In this document: one piece after another, positions 41,412 through 58,822 of the stretch
How the letters are laid out: each line of letters begins with the position of its first letter
How positions within the stretch are numbered: the stretch's first letter is position 1
Assembly: GCF_009914755.1 (NCBI RefSeq)
Contig: NC_060927.1
Length of the DNA: 64,000 bases
From: the human T2T-CHM13v2.0 reference genome, Homo sapiens
Direction: 5' to 3' (one strand)
Notes under the pieces: generated by a model
Database searches by the model: none
What the model was told of the DNA's origin: nothing
Seen by the model: the letters and a program-made list of their open reading frames with translations, nothing else
Program-made: the position numbers and the translations under genes

Positions 41412-41852
41412 GTGAGTGGGGACCCTCCTCAGAGGGAACTGAGAGGAGGGAAACCAGGATAGCTGAGTGGAGCTGGGGAGAGGCGGCCCTGAGCTGGTGC
41501 ACCTGGGCAGCCGGGGAGAATAACTGGCCCGGTGTCTGTCATCGTGGTTAAGGCTCTGGAGAAGGGCAATGCCTCAAGGAGTCAGTGGGTCAAAAGGGTA
41601 GCATGAGAGCCTGGCTCCGGAGAGCAACCGTCATGTTGGGCCTCCACAAAACTGGCCTCAAAGCTCATTCAAACTGCGGACACTGCGACCTGGGGCGCTT
41701 TTTCAGACCCCAGAGCCATCTGGGGACCCAAGATGGTGCCCAAGTGGTCCAAGCCCCATCGGGTCTCCTGGAGGGCTGCACGGCATCCGCCCTGGACCCA
41801 TGTCACTCTAGAGGGTGGTTACGGTGAGTGACGTGCTTCACACAGGTGAACC

Positions 41853-42760
<908 letters not shown>

Positions 42761-43164
42761 TCAGCTTATTCCCCGGACACCAAAAACATTGAGAATCACG
42801 GCCCGAGCATGCTTAGAGAAAATGTGACTCACGCCTGCGTTTTATTTTGTTTTCCTGCTGCATACTGACTACCTCTGAAATGTTGGATACAAGTCTGTGT
42901 CTCTGTAGCACATTTAACACGTTTCCCAGGCAACAGGAAGCTCTCAGTGTGCGTTCTGTTGCAGACGTGGGCGTGTCCTTGGGCTGTGTAGGGCTTCATT
43001 TCAGATGATCTGAACCAGAGCGGTTGCCAACTGCCAGTGTCCGGAGATGCCTGGTGGCCACTCTGTGGTTAGTGGCAGTAGGTGGCTGCTACATCTAGTT
43101 CCAGTGAACCTCCTGTTGAGAGAGTGCAGCTGGTGGTACAAGCCTTCCCTTACACAGCAGCTGT

Positions 43165-43347
43165 CCCCCCAGGGAATATTTGGCAGTGTCGGGAGACTTC
43201 CGGTTGCCACACTGGAAGGTGCTACTGGCATCTCGTGGTCAGAGGCCAGGAAAGCTGCTAAACTTCCTACAGGGCACGGGAAGAGCCCCCACAGAAAAGA
43301 TTATTCAGGCCAAAGTGTCAATAGTGCTCAGGTTGAGAAACCTTGCC
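43165..43347. mobile_element. MER20 (hAT-Charlie MITE)
   Basis: ggtgctactggcatctcgtggtcagaggccagg...gtcaatagtgctcaggttgagaaacct. Confidence 0.8.
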
Positions 43348-43961
43348 TCACGCAATGAAAACGGTTCTCACATTGCTTTGCTTCAGAATGTGCAAACGGA
43401 AACCCCAAGGCTGTTCAGAACAGGCCATTCTGAGTCTGCTAGTCCAGCAAGCCTCGCCGCAGGCAGAGTGGGGAGGATTTGGCCAGCGGGCCCTCCTGGG
43501 ACAGGGAAGCTGCGAGGATGAGTTCGGGGACGCCCCAGGCCCAGGGGAGCGAGGTCTGGCAGGATTCAAGGATCCTGGTGGAAGAGCAGGGGACAATTGA
43601 GAGGGCCGGGCAGGAGAGGTGAGGCCCGCTGCGCGCCGGGCTGGCGGAGGAGCTGTGCTTTATCCCGCAGCGAGAAGGAGCTCGTGAAGGCTCTGAGGCT
43701 GGGAGTGGCTGGATGAAAGTCGTGCTTCTCGGCCATTCGTTAGTAATCAGGATGGACTGCAGAGGAAGAGGCTTAAGAAGCAGGGATGCGGCCGGACACC
43801 GTGGCTCATGCCTGTAATCCCAGCACTTTGGGAGGCCGAGGCAGGCGGATCATCTGCGGTCAAGAGTTCAAGATCAGCCTGGCCAATGTGGTGAAATCCT
43901 GTCTCTACTGAAAATACAAAAATTAGCCAGGTGTGGTGGCGCGTGCCTGTAATCCCAGCTA

Positions 43962-44226
<265 letters not shown>

Positions 44227-45143
44227 CTAGGCGTGTAAGTGCTGGTTCTGGGCAATGGTGACGGCACAGCCAGAAATAGGAGAAGCAGGAAGAAGTGCCT
44301 CTGGGAGGCTGTGGCGAAACTCCTTCCTCGCTTCATTTGTAAACTTTGTTGTTCCTTAATTTTTCTTTTTTTTTTTTTTTTTGAGACAGGGTCTCACTGT
44401 GTCACTCAGGCTGGAGTGCAGTGGTGCGATCTCGGCTTACCCCAACCCTCCACCTGCTGGGCTCAGGTGATCCTCCCACCTCAGCCTCCCTAGTAGCTGG
44501 GGACCACAGGCACATGCCACCAAGCCCAGCTAATTTTTGTATTTTTTTGTAGAGGTGGAGTTTCTCCATGTTGCCCAGGCTGGTCTCGAACTTAAAATTA
44601 AATGCTAAGAAAACTATTTCAGGCCAGTCACGGTGGCCCATGCTGCAACCCCAGGAGGTCGAGGTTGCAGTGAGCTATGATTGCACCACCAGCCTCAGCC
44701 TGGGCAACAGACCGAAACCCTGTCTCAATTTAAAAAAAAGAGAGAGAGAAAAAAAAGCTATTATTCTAGAAGAATGATTGAATCAATTTTTTTTTTTTAA
44801 TTTTAAAATCACGGCTCACGGCAGCTCGAGCTCTGGGCTCAAGTGATCCTCCCACCTCATCCTCTCGAGTAGCTGGGACTGCAGGCACACACCACCATGC
44901 CTGGGCTAACTTTCAATTTTTGTAGAGACAGAGTCTGACTTCGTTGCCCAGGCTGATCTCAAACGCTCCAGCTCAAGCGATCCTCCTGCCTCGGCCTCCT
45001 GAAGGGCTGGGATTACAGGCGTGAATCACTGCGCCCGGCCTTAAAGCTACTTTTTATTGAACAAATACTACACGCCAGGTGCTTTGCTAAGAAGCTTAAG
45101 GAGAGGATAAGTAACCTGTCTATGGCCATAGAGCTATTAGTAA

Positions 45144-45398
<255 letters not shown>

Positions 45399-45793
45399 TA
45401 GTCAGGATGGTCTCGATCTCCTGACCTCGTGATCCGCCCGCCTCGGCCTCCCAATGTGCTGGGATGACAGGCGTGAGCCCCCCCGCCCGGCCTGGCATTT
45501 TGCTTTGAACTCAAGTGTCTGACTCCAGTGCTCTACACTGTGCTCCTAAGCTACTGGAAGCAAATATGCAAGCATGGAAATAATTTTTGGTTAGAAAGCT
45601 GGGATTATGGGTGATTACTCTTTTTTCAAATTCTTATTTAATGTTCCTGTTTTCATTATTTTAAAAAGTAGTCTTTGCTATTCCAGAGACAGTGGGAAAT
45701 TTAATAGTTGCTATAAGTATGATTATATTCAAAATGGTCAACTAGACAAGCATTTCCCAAAGTCTCAGACTCTTAATCCCAAGGAGTCCTTCA

Positions 45794-46147
<354 letters not shown>

Positions 46148-47328
46148 CTAGACCCTCCTTTTGGAAATTTACAATGTAAATTAGCAGATTAAAAATGTCA
46201 GTATGCTCTGCAGGAATCATCACATTTAACCTTAATGCATTTCCAAAAATTCTTCAGCTGTGGAATACTTTTGTCCCATAGTGTCTATTTAGATGCCCTT
46301 TTGGGGAAATTGAGTTTAACCAGCAAAGAAGAGGCCATCTCCTAAGAAGATAGTTTGATGGACAGACCCAGTATCGGGCTATGGATGCTAAGGAACTTTT
46401 CCTTTCCTAATTAGAGTACCAAAGGCAACAGTTAGAAGACACTGCAAAACCATTTGTGTTGAACAGTCAGAATCTGCCCCACCCTCACCTTCATAAATGG
46501 AACGGCCCTCCCAGGGTTGCCTTTGATGATCTCTCCCATATCCACGAGTACACACACCTGGAGTCACTGTGTGTCATGGTTAATAAGAGTGTGGGCTTAG
46601 TCACGAATACCTGCGTTTAAATCTCTGCTCCTTCACTTCCAGGCTGTGTGACCCTGGGAGATGTGCTTCCTTCTCTGAGCCTCGTTTCCTGAAAAAGTCT
46701 ATGAAATGCAGATGATGATAGGAATTCTCATAGGTTATTTCTTTCATTCAACAAATAGTTACAGAGCCGTTACTCCTCCGGGCGTTTGAGAACAGAGCAC
46801 AAGCTTGACAAGGTCCCTGCCTCCGTGGAGTGTGCACCACAAGGTGGAGAGCCGAGAATAAGCGAGTAAACAGCTGTGTAAATACAAATAGCCCTGATGT
46901 GGGCGGAAGGAGGACATAACGTTACCCGGAATGGAGATTTTCACGGAGCAGGGAGCAGTTAGGGAAATGAAGACTGGGAAGGACTGGGTTGGTGGCGTGT
47001 GAAAGGGCAGTTTTTACGCTCTCCAAGGGCTGATGAGCACACGGGGCTGGGGGTAAGAGAGGCTCTAGCAATGGCCCCCGCTTCCCAACCACAGAACATT
47101 GGTTTTGGAAAACCACCTGCATTAATGTTGGCTTTTTCCTATCTGGACTTTGCCTATTGTCTGAGTTTTTTTAATTAAACATTTCTATTATAAAAATCAT
47201 TCAGGTTTAGTTAAAAAAAAAAAAAGAAAGAAAGAAAATACAGAACAGTAAAAAGAGAAAAAAATCATCTACAGTCCCACCCAGAGACAGGCACGGCAAA
47301 TATCTTAGTGTAATTTCCTTTTTTTTAA

Positions 47329-47628
<300 letters not shown>

Positions 47629-47821
47629 TAGCCCTTTCTCTATGTTTTTATTTAACATTTGTAGAAATCATACTATTCCTAAAATTTTATGTTCTGTTTT
47701 TGTAAGCATGATACAAAATAAATTTTTCACATCATTGTATATTTGGAAAAATATGTTCTTTTCTAAAAAAAGGTTTATTTTTGTTATAAATACATATTCA
47801 TTATAGAATAATTGGAAAAGA

Positions 47822-48372
<551 letters not shown>

Positions 48373-49229
48373 ATTTTTAAAAAAGTGACTACTCAGAAAA
48401 GATAGAAAAAAGTAAGTAGAAAAGAAGACACAAATCATCCATAGTCCCATCACCCAAACATAAGCATTGCTAACTTTTTTCAGTATTATAGGTATTTTCC
48501 TTTTTTTTTTTTTTTCACCCAGGCTGGAGTGCAGCGGTGTGATCCTGGCTCACTACAGCCTTCACCTCTCCCGGAGTAGCTGGGACCACAGGCAGGCGCC
48601 ACCACACCCGGCTAATTTCTGTATTTTTAGTAGAGGTGGGGTTTCACTATGTTGGCCAGGCTGGTCTTGGACTCCTGGCCTCAAGTGATCCGCCCACCTC
48701 AGCTTCCCAAAGTGCTGGGACTACCAGTGTGAGCCACCGTGCCCAGCCGAGGGTCAGCGTATTTTTTGACAAATTCACCCATAGTCCTGGTTGGTCCTGT
48801 GGTGCCACCAGGTGCGACTGACCGAGACAAGAGCTCCAGCTCAAGTCTGTACCGTGGCCACCTTTCTCCCTGTTTTGGTTTCAGCAGTCATATTGCTCCC
48901 ACTGAGCTGCCCTCATGTTCCTTAGTCACCAAAACACAGAGCAGACTAGCTAATCCCTTCCTCGTGCTCACCCCGCAAGGCAACAGGACAATGACTGGAG
49001 TGTGGCAGTTTTCTCCCTTTCTTCCTCTTATCTAGTCAGGTAGCAGGTGCAAAGGAGGGTCCAATAACTAGAAAAGACACTTAGATAAATGACCACAGGT
49101 TCACTAAGGACCTAGAACCCTTTCTTTAAAACTAACGGCTGCATTAATGAATCACGTTTGTTCGGAAACACATATTGTGACTATATTCATTTTTTTCTGT
49201 TAGCAACGGTGAGGCCAGATGAGGTCTAC

Positions 49230-49412
49230 CAGTATTTGTCAAAGTGTCTGCTATCCTCCGACCACTATCAGGTGAGCTTGTTAAAAATGCAGATGACTGG
49301 GCCCATCTCAGATCTATGGACGCACATGTCTGAACGTAGGGCCTGGGCAGCTAGCTGCTTTTTAACAACTCCCAAAATGACTGCAATATCCACGAAAGTT
49401 TGAAAACCTTGG
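49230..49412. mobile_element. MER5-like MITE
   Basis: gagcttgttaaaaatgcagat...aaagtttgaaaacc. Confidence 0.65.
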
Positions 49413-49992
49413 ACTATAGTTCATGTAAGACCAAGCATGAGGCCAGCGTGCGTCAGGTGTCCTTGGGGTTTTTATTTGATCCGTTTCTCTTTTGTTGAAG
49501 TTCTCCCCTGGCCGAGTGTGGTGGCTCACGTCTGTAATCCCAGCACTTTGGGAGACCAGGGTGGAAGGACTGCTTAAGCCTAGGAGTTTGAGACCAGTCT
49601 GGGCAACGTAGTGAGACCCCGTCTCTACAGAAAATGTTAAAAATTAGCCGGCCGTGGTGGGGGTGCACACCTGTAGTCCCAGGCTACTTGGGAGGCTGAG
49701 GTTGGAGGATGGTTTGAACCCGGAAGGTCAAGGTTGCAGTGAGCCATGATCACACCACTGCCCTCCAGCCTGGGCGACAGAGTGAGAACCTGTCCTCCTC
49801 CCCACAAAAAAGTTCTCTGCTAATGTCCTGGTTTCACCATATAATTTTGGTGAAATCAACTTAAACAGATCCAGAATGTCCCATAAATTATATTCGGCTT
49901 CAATTATGTTAATTGATCTACATTCGCTAGTGCAGCACCTGGCACTGGAGATAGAAAAGTGAAGTGGGGTTGGGCACGGGGGCTGAGGCCTA

Positions 49993-50322
<330 letters not shown>

Positions 50323-50440
50323 TCATTCCTGTGCACGGGTGGGAGCCTAGATCCAGTAAGGCAATTTCGATCCGAGGAACAAGCCCAGGCCTTCTCCCGC
50401 TCAGTCCCGGTCGTCAGCTCTCTGCCTTCTCCTCCTCTAG

Positions 50441-50595
50441 CCCTGGGCCCTGTGGAACTTGCCCTCACTAGCATCCTGACCTTGCTGGCGCTGGGCTCCA
50501 TTGCCATCTTCCTGGAGGATGCCGTCTACCTGTACAAGAACACCCTTTGCCCCATCAAGAGGCGGACTCTGCTCTGGAAGAGCTCGGCACCCACG
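50441..50595 (+). CDS. SLC51A: SLC51A exon 3 (ALGPVELAL...KSSAPT)
   Basis: Pyrimidine tract plus tag|; |gtgag donor; 155 nt; TM segment. Confidence 0.96.
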
Positions 50596-51139
50596 GTGAG
50601 GCCCCCGGGGCTGCCCTGTGGGGGGAACTGAAAAGAAGGCAGAGACCAAGGTGAGAATTCCTCTAAACTCAGCACGTCACTTCGGCAAAGAGTGTCCTGC
50701 CACGACCCGCGGAGGGCCGAGGTTTGCAGGCCGACCTCCCCTTGCAGTTAGGATCCTCTGCTTGGAAGGCTGTGCAGTGTTTGCATTCTAAGGGCTGCGG
50801 AGACAGCTGGAGATCTGCTCAGCCCACCAGCCGCCTCATCCTTGCTCCCCGCTACAGTGTTGCCACTTGAAGAGCTTCCTTCAGTGGTTCCTCAGAGTGT
50901 GGGGGAAAGTCTCATTCCACAGGGTCACACTCAGCTCCACCCTTACGCTGAGGCTTTTGAAACACCCTCCCACAGGTCCTTGGTTTGCTTGACTTAATTA
51001 GTGCTTTTTCCAGCTGGCAACGTTTAAGGAACGCTGCCTCGAATGTGTAGGTTTTGCCTCCTGTGTCCTTGCCGCAAAAGGCTTCCGGAGCCTCAGGGTC
51101 TCCCTCCCGCCCTCACCTGCTCCTGCCCCTTCTGAGCAG

Positions 51140-51213
51140 GTGGTGTCTGTGCTGTGCTGCTTTGGTCTCTGGATCCCTCGTTCCCTGGTGCTGGTGGAAA
51201 TGACCATCACCTC
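51140..51213 (+). CDS. SLC51A: SLC51A exon 4 (VVSVLCCFGLWIPRSLVLVEMTITS)
   Basis: gcag| acceptor and |gtgagt donor; 74 nt. Confidence 0.95.
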
Positions 51214-51590
51214 GTGAGTGCCCTGCCTCGCCCCACCTCCAAGGGCCCCTCTGCTCCCGCTCACCAGGACTCGAGTCCGTGTCCTTGATCCCAGCTGACC
51301 ATGTATCTGGCCCTTCCCAGCTTGTGCTAGTTCCGGGCTCTTGCGCTCCTGGCTCTGCTCAGGGAATGCCTCATTTTGGCATCTGGCACATTCCTCAGCC
51401 AGCCCTCTGTTCCCACAGTCTGAAATTCCCCTTCTCCCAGTCCTGTGGGCCGTCTCCTCTCCCTCGCCCCTCTTGGGTCACACACCCAGAACGCCCAGCC
51501 CTAGCTCTGCTCCTCAGTAAGCCCCACCTCTCCCTGCTGTCTTTCTCTCTGGCAGCAGACCTCGTAGGCCCTCTTCTCTCCCCACCCCAG

Positions 51591-51749
51591 GTTTTATGCC
51601 GTGTGCTTTTACCTGCTGATGCTGGTCATGGTGGAAGGCTTTGGGGGGAAGGAGGCAGTGCTGAGGACGCTGAGGGACACCCCGATGATGGTCCACACAG
51701 GCCCCTGCTGCTGCTGCTGCCCCTGCTGTCCACGGCTGCTGCTCACCAG
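51591..51749 (+). CDS. SLC51A: SLC51A exon 5 (FYAVCFYLL...GPCCCCCPCCPRLLLTR)
   Basis: cccag| acceptor and |gtgag donor; 159 nt; OST-alpha Cys cluster. Confidence 0.97.
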
Positions 51750-52284
51750 GTGAGGCGGGGCCAAGGTGCCTTCCCCAGGAGCCGGGGAGCCTCTCCTGGA
51801 CCCCTGGTCCCCTTCAAGGCTCTGGGAATTAGGCGTGAATAGGCCAAAGCCAGTGACGGAAGGGTGGGCATCCCACGGCCAGGACCCACGGGCGCCACCC
51901 TCAGGGGACAGGGGAGCAGAGGAAGGAGAGCTCCTCAATTGTCATCACTGAACTTCACTGCACCCTGCAAGCCTTAGCCACACAGAGAAAACTGGACTTG
52001 GGGCCATTCGCTTGCCCCTTCTGCCCACTTTGGTGAATGAGGTTGAGGTCACACTCCCAGACCTCGCTCCAAAGACGGAATTCTTGTCTGGAGGTGAGTG
52101 GGAGACCAAGAGGGTTCCCAGCACTCTCAACATTCTGCTTTTTTCCTCTGTCCCCATCCACTTAACCTGGTTGGTGTTTATGACAGCAGCCGAGCCTCAG
52201 CCCAGGAGCCCTGTGAGGAGCCGGGGCGTCTTCCTGGGGCAGGGGGTTTGTGGGCCCATGTTCCTAACCCTCTTCCCCACTCAG

Positions 52285-52396
52285 GAAGAAGCTTCAGCTG
52301 CTGATGTTGGGCCCTTTCCAATACGCCTTCTTGAAGATAACGCTGACCCTGGTGGGCCTGTTTCTCGTCCCCGACGGCATCTATGACCCAGCAGAC
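52285..52396 (+). CDS. SLC51A: SLC51A exon 6 (KKLQLLMLGPFQY...IYDPAD)
   Basis: tcag| acceptor and |gtaag donor; 112 nt; residue 202 is Val (GTC) in this sequence. Confidence 0.96.
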
Positions 52397-52683
52397 GTAA
52401 GCCGGGAGTAAGGGACAGCACAGTCCAAGACTCATTTAGTACCTTTGTGTTCTAAAAGGAATCACCAGAGCCAACACCCCTTGACAGAGGGCCCCAGAAA
52501 AGGGTGGCTGTGGGAAAACAGAGGCTCAGGGACTGCCAGGGAGAGAACCGCAATAGGCCAGGCCCCCGGGCTTTTTCATTACCGTTCCTGCCGTGGGAGA
52601 GGAGAGCTCAAAGGAAGCACCAGGTGCCATGATGCATGGCTCACGAGGCCGAGGTGGGAGGATTGCTCAAGAGTGGGAGTTCA

Positions 52684-52950
<267 letters not shown>

Positions 52951-52958
52951 TTAAGTGA

Positions 52959-53207
<249 letters not shown>

Positions 53208-53390
53208 TAGTCCCAGCTACTCAGAAGCCTGAGGCGAGGGGATCACTGGAGCCAGGAGTGTGATGCTGCAGTGAGCTATCATTGCACCTCTGCACTTTCA
53301 GCTGGGTGACAGAGTGACACCATCTCTTGAAAGAGAGAGAGAGAGAGAGAGAGCTTGCCTGCCTCACTGACTACTTTCTGTTGCCACCAG

Positions 53391-53537
53391 ATTTCTGAGG
53401 GGAGCACAGCTCTATGGATCAACACTTTCCTTGGCGTGTCCACACTGCTGGCTCTCTGGACCCTGGGCATCATTTCCCGTCAAGCCAGGCTACACCTGGG
53501 TGAGCAGAACATGGGAGCCAAATTTGCTCTGTTCCAG
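53391..53537 (+). CDS. SLC51A: SLC51A exon 7 (ISEGSTALWINT...AKFALFQ)
   Basis: ccag| acceptor and |gtaac donor; 147 nt; phase 0-0. Confidence 0.96.
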
Positions 53538-53705
53538 GTAACTATACCCTGGGAGAGAAAAGATGTTTCATAACCGAGCTACAGATAGTTGGGGTTAGTA
53601 AGTGAGGCCAATAAAGGCTAAAGTGGGCCGGGAATCTTTTTCATAAGCCTCACGTCTCTCATGAGATTTGGAAAATGATTCCTGTGCTTCCCGCTTTTGT
53701 CTTTC

Positions 53706-54431
<726 letters not shown>

Positions 54432-55894
54432 CGTGTGTTAGTTAACAAACCTTACATTTGTCTCCTTGCTTCTTCCTTTCCTTTTCTACCTATGACTTCC
54501 TAAAATCCTATAACCCATCAACACCAGCAGAAGCATTAGCATTAGCTACAGGACCTACCTACACCATGTGCCGGGCACTTTCACACATTACACTTCAATT
54601 TTCACAACCCCAGGAGTCATTTTTCCCATTTTACAAAGGAAGAAACAGACCCAGAGATGTTCTTGCTCAAAGGCACATAAGGAACGGGGCTAGAATTTAT
54701 ACCCAGGTATGTCTTGACTCCTCCACACATCTGTCTTCTCCTTACCCTGCCCTTCATCTTCACAACGCTTCTGAAAATTCTCTCAAAGGCATGTTGGCCC
54801 ACCTTCTACGTGCTGCCTTCTCTAACCTCAAAGATGACTTTTCCACCAAATGCAATGACTTCTAACCCAGTCTTGTTCTCCTTCTCTCTCCATCCTGTCT
54901 CCTTGCTGGTCTTCTACTCCCAAGGCATAATGACTGCCCTACAGTTTAACAGAGTGAGTTCACGTACATTCTCATTTGATCTACGTACATGCCTCCCAAA
55001 TGTGAACTTCCAGGCACATAGGAGGTAGAATGAAAGGGGCTATGGGAATAGAGAGAGAAGTCCCCGGAATGAGTCAGGGACTGAAGGGGCAGAAAGGTTC
55101 TGGGTCCCAGAAGTACTTGAGACCAGGCCGAAAGATAAAAGCCGTGTGATGGCCGAGCCTGCCCATGGTTAATGTGGGGGAGCCTGGGTGAGCCACGCCA
55201 GCCTTGAAGAAGCTGAGGTTTCCACACAATGTACTCAGGGAGGGCAATACTAAGATAAATGGTGCTTCCAGGGCTTCTGGACAGTGATCTTCTTCTTCTC
55301 CCCTTTTGCCTTCTTTATTTGGTGAAATATTGATAAAATTTGCCATTAATGATTTTGAAGTGTCAGGTTCTGTGGCATTAAGTACATTCCCATAGTTGCA
55401 CTACCATTACCACCGTCCATCTCCAGGCACCCATTAAACACATTCCCCATTGCCCTCTCCCTGCAGTCTCTGGGATGGCAGAGCTTCCAAAGGGCATTTT
55501 AATGGTTAATTGTCCATTATTCTAGGAGCAGGGACCTCAGGCACTTGAGCTAGATGGAATGACTCTTCTCTAATCACCCATCTCTTTATCCATTGAGTGC
55601 TCATTGGTAGCCATGGCTGAGAAAGGGAATTAAAAATGAACCCTTTAATCAGTTCTTATATCTTGTCAGAAACTCTAATAAACTACTGGGTAGAAAATAA
55701 GAATGTCATTTGCCTAAAGATGAAAATCCCACAGATTTTTAATGAAGTGAGAGCCTCAACCCTCTGTGACTGCACAGATCTGACGGTGGGTGGAACCTGC
55801 CCAGCGGAAGGGCAAGGCCCGGCAGTGGGCTGGCTGCGTTCTGTGCCGTGAGGGCAGGCCCAGTCCACCCTTGCCTCTCTTTTATGTTCCGCAG

Positions 55895-56000
55895 GTTCTC
55901 CTCATCCTGACTGCCCTACAGCCCTCCATCTTCTCAGTCTTGGCCAACGGTGGGCAGATTGCTTGTTCGCCTCCCTATTCCTCTAAAACCAGGTCTCAAG
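55895..56000 (+). CDS. SLC51A: SLC51A exon 8 (VLLILTALQPS...SKTRSQ)
   Basis: gcag| acceptor and |gtgag donor; 106 nt. Confidence 0.96.
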
Positions 56001-56538
56001 GTGAGCACGTTAAGCCTCCTGTCCCATCGTGGGATGGATGAGACGGGGAGAGTCAGGAAAGAAGGGGCCCCAGAACAGACATTAGGCCAGCCTGACTTCT
56101 GCTCAGAGTGTTCAGAAGGGATCTTCGGGAAATCCCAACAGAGGCTTTAAGGAAACTATGACCTCTCTGATCACACAGAAGAGAAGTGAAACCCCACAGC
56201 TTGAGGCCAGCCCTGAGGGCCAACCCAGGAAGCCATGGGTTCAGTCCTCAGCTCCTGGGAGAGGAATGGGAATGGTTAAAAAACAGAAGCCCATGTTGAT
56301 TGAACACACATAAGAAATGGACTGTATGCCAGCCTCAGAGCACAGAAGTAGACAGCCAACTTCCGGTTCTGGCTCTACCATTAACCCGCTGTGTTATTTA
56401 TGACAATTTCGTATCCCTAAGTCCTGATTTGGGGATAAACTGGAGAAAGTGTTGCTCAACTCCCGTGCCCGGGCTGCTAGTAAAATACCACCTCTGTAAC
56501 TCAGCATAACCTACGCTGTATTTCACCCTACACTGCAG

Positions 56539-56675
56539 TGATGAATTGCCACCTCCTCATACTGGAGACTTTTCTAATGACTGTGCTGACACGAATGTAC
56601 TACCGAAGGAAAGACCACAAGGTTGGGTATGAAACTTTCTCTTCTCCAGACCTGGACTTGAACCTCAAAGCCTAA
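56539..56675 (+). CDS. SLC51A: SLC51A exon 9 coding part (VMNCHLLILE...DLDLNLKA*)
   Basis: tgcag| acceptor; TAA at 56673-56675. Confidence 0.96.
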
Positions 56676-56829
56676 GGTGGATGGCTTGGACAATGAAAGG
56701 ATGCTGTACTCATTAGAATACAAGATTCCTTTACTGTCCCTCAACCTTGACCAAATGGGAAGCATTCCCCCTTGTCAACACAAGCTGGCAGATACATTTG
56801 ACTCTACAGATGAAGGTGAACAATGTTAG

Positions 56830-56881
56830 AATAAAATTGCTTTGGATCTTGCCTGGAAGGTGTTTTAAGTTTTGTAATAAA
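56830..56881 (+). terminator. SLC51A: SLC51A polyadenylation signals (two AATAAA)
   Basis: AATAAA at 56830-56835 and 56876-56881, 155-205 nt after the stop. Confidence 0.8.
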
Positions 56882-57612
56882 CAAGATGATGTCTGAAAAT
56901 GTGTAACTGGGCACCTTGCCTCTGTCCATGTCACTATTAACCCTTCAAGGTTGTATATTGCTGGCTAGGTGCGACAGCTCATGCCTGCTATCCCAGCACT
57001 TTGGGAGCCTGAGGCGGGAGGATCACTTGAGCCCAGGAGGTTGAGGCTGCAGTGAGCAATGGTTGTGCCATACACTCCAGCCTGGGTGATACAGCCAGAC
57101 CCTGCCTCTGGAAAAAAAAGAAAGCTTACTGAGCTTTCCTAAAGCAGATGAAAAGAAGAGTATATAGTATTGTGTCTGGCATAAGAAAAGGAGAACTTGG
57201 TGAGGTGAAATAGCACCAGCCCAGAGTCTTGAAGAAGCCAGGGGCCCTGGAGAACAGATGGAAGGTGACCTTTCCCTGACAGGTGTGCTACTACGGCACC
57301 AACCACGCGGGGCCCTGGTGGTCTGGGTCAGCCTCACTTTGTGGGACAATGGCTTTTGAGTCTTCAGTGACAAGCTAGAAAAGGAATCTCCTGACACTGT
57401 GGTCATGGAGCTTGATTTCTAAGGAGAGAGTCAGCACGTGGAAGCAAAGGCACCGAGAGTCTAAGTAAAAGTCCCAAATCCATAAAATGCACCACACAGG
57501 TCAAAACACAGGACACGGCCGGGCGCGGGGGCTCACGCCTGTAATCCCAGCACTTTGGGAGGCCGAGGCAGGTGGCTCACCTGAGGTCAGGAATTCGAGA
57601 CCAGCCTGCTCA

Positions 57613-57795
<183 letters not shown>

Positions 57796-58716
57796 TCAAA
57801 AAAAATAAAAATAAAAAATAAAAACACCACTGGACATGGAACATCAGGTAAAACCACACTGCCTTTATTTGGCTAAAGAACAAAATCCAAAATAACTCAG
57901 AACAAACTAAGAACAGACAGGAAAATTACAGACTGAACCCCACTTGAGGAAGACTTCCCCACGGACTCACACTGGTGATGGGGCGAACGTTCAAGACGAA
58001 GCCAGCAGTCCTTTCCAAGACTCTTTTGTCTTTTAGGGATCCTCAATACAAAACAACCCAACTAATCCAGGATATGTGTTCAAAACAGTCAGTTTTCCCC
58101 CTCAAAAGGCGGGAAGGCCCACTTCAAACCTCCAGGAACACAACCCAAGTCATCCCAGTGTTAAACCTGGTGCTTCCGTTTTCTGCCTCAATCCGAGCGC
58201 TAACATAAAATCTTGGCAGACAACAATCTTTCTTCTTCAAGAAAATTAACATTTAATGGTATAATCCCAAGAACATGTTCTACTTATTTACTTGGAAAAA
58301 TAGAAGCTAGGGACCACTCTTTATCCGATGGCAGTCTATTCTATGAGAGAAAACAAGAACAATCATTGTTATGACTTTGAAAAATAGAACCTTTAAAAAT
58401 ACTTATATTGGTAAGCTTAAAAAAATATCATCAGTTAAAAACATTAAGGGGGCTTTCTTTTTCTACCTGTATTGGTTCAACTTCTGGTGAGAATGTGTGC
58501 TGATAGAAAATCTAGAAGCTATGGCTTTTAGGGAATTAAAGAAAAGCAGCAAAATATAATTGATTTGGAAAGATTTTGGATAAGTGATCTGGAACAGGAT
58601 TAAAAAGGCAAAGAGCTCTTGAAAATAAGCTACCCATAGTCAAAATAATCCAGGAAGGGGGAATGACGCCCTATGAACCACTGTGGAAAGAACATCTAGA
58701 GATGGTCTGACCAGCT

Positions 58717-58822
58717 GTGCAGCCTCCAAAAAAAAATCACTATCGCTCAGGTGCAGCCCCCCAAAAACCACCATCACTCAGGTACAGCCTCCAAAAACAC
58801 CACCATCACTCAGGTGCAGCCT
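58717..58822. repeat. Tandem repeat of about 32 bp, 3.3 copies, in the PCYT1A 3' UTR
   Basis: gtgcagcc(t/c)ccaaaaa...atcactcag units start at 58717, 58751, 58782 and 58814. Confidence 0.88.

Noticed and set aside
58717-58822. Tandem units as a CRISPR-like array (also 31121-31267)
   Set aside because: No unique spacers or cas genes, and the context is eukaryotic; these are ordinary minisatellites.
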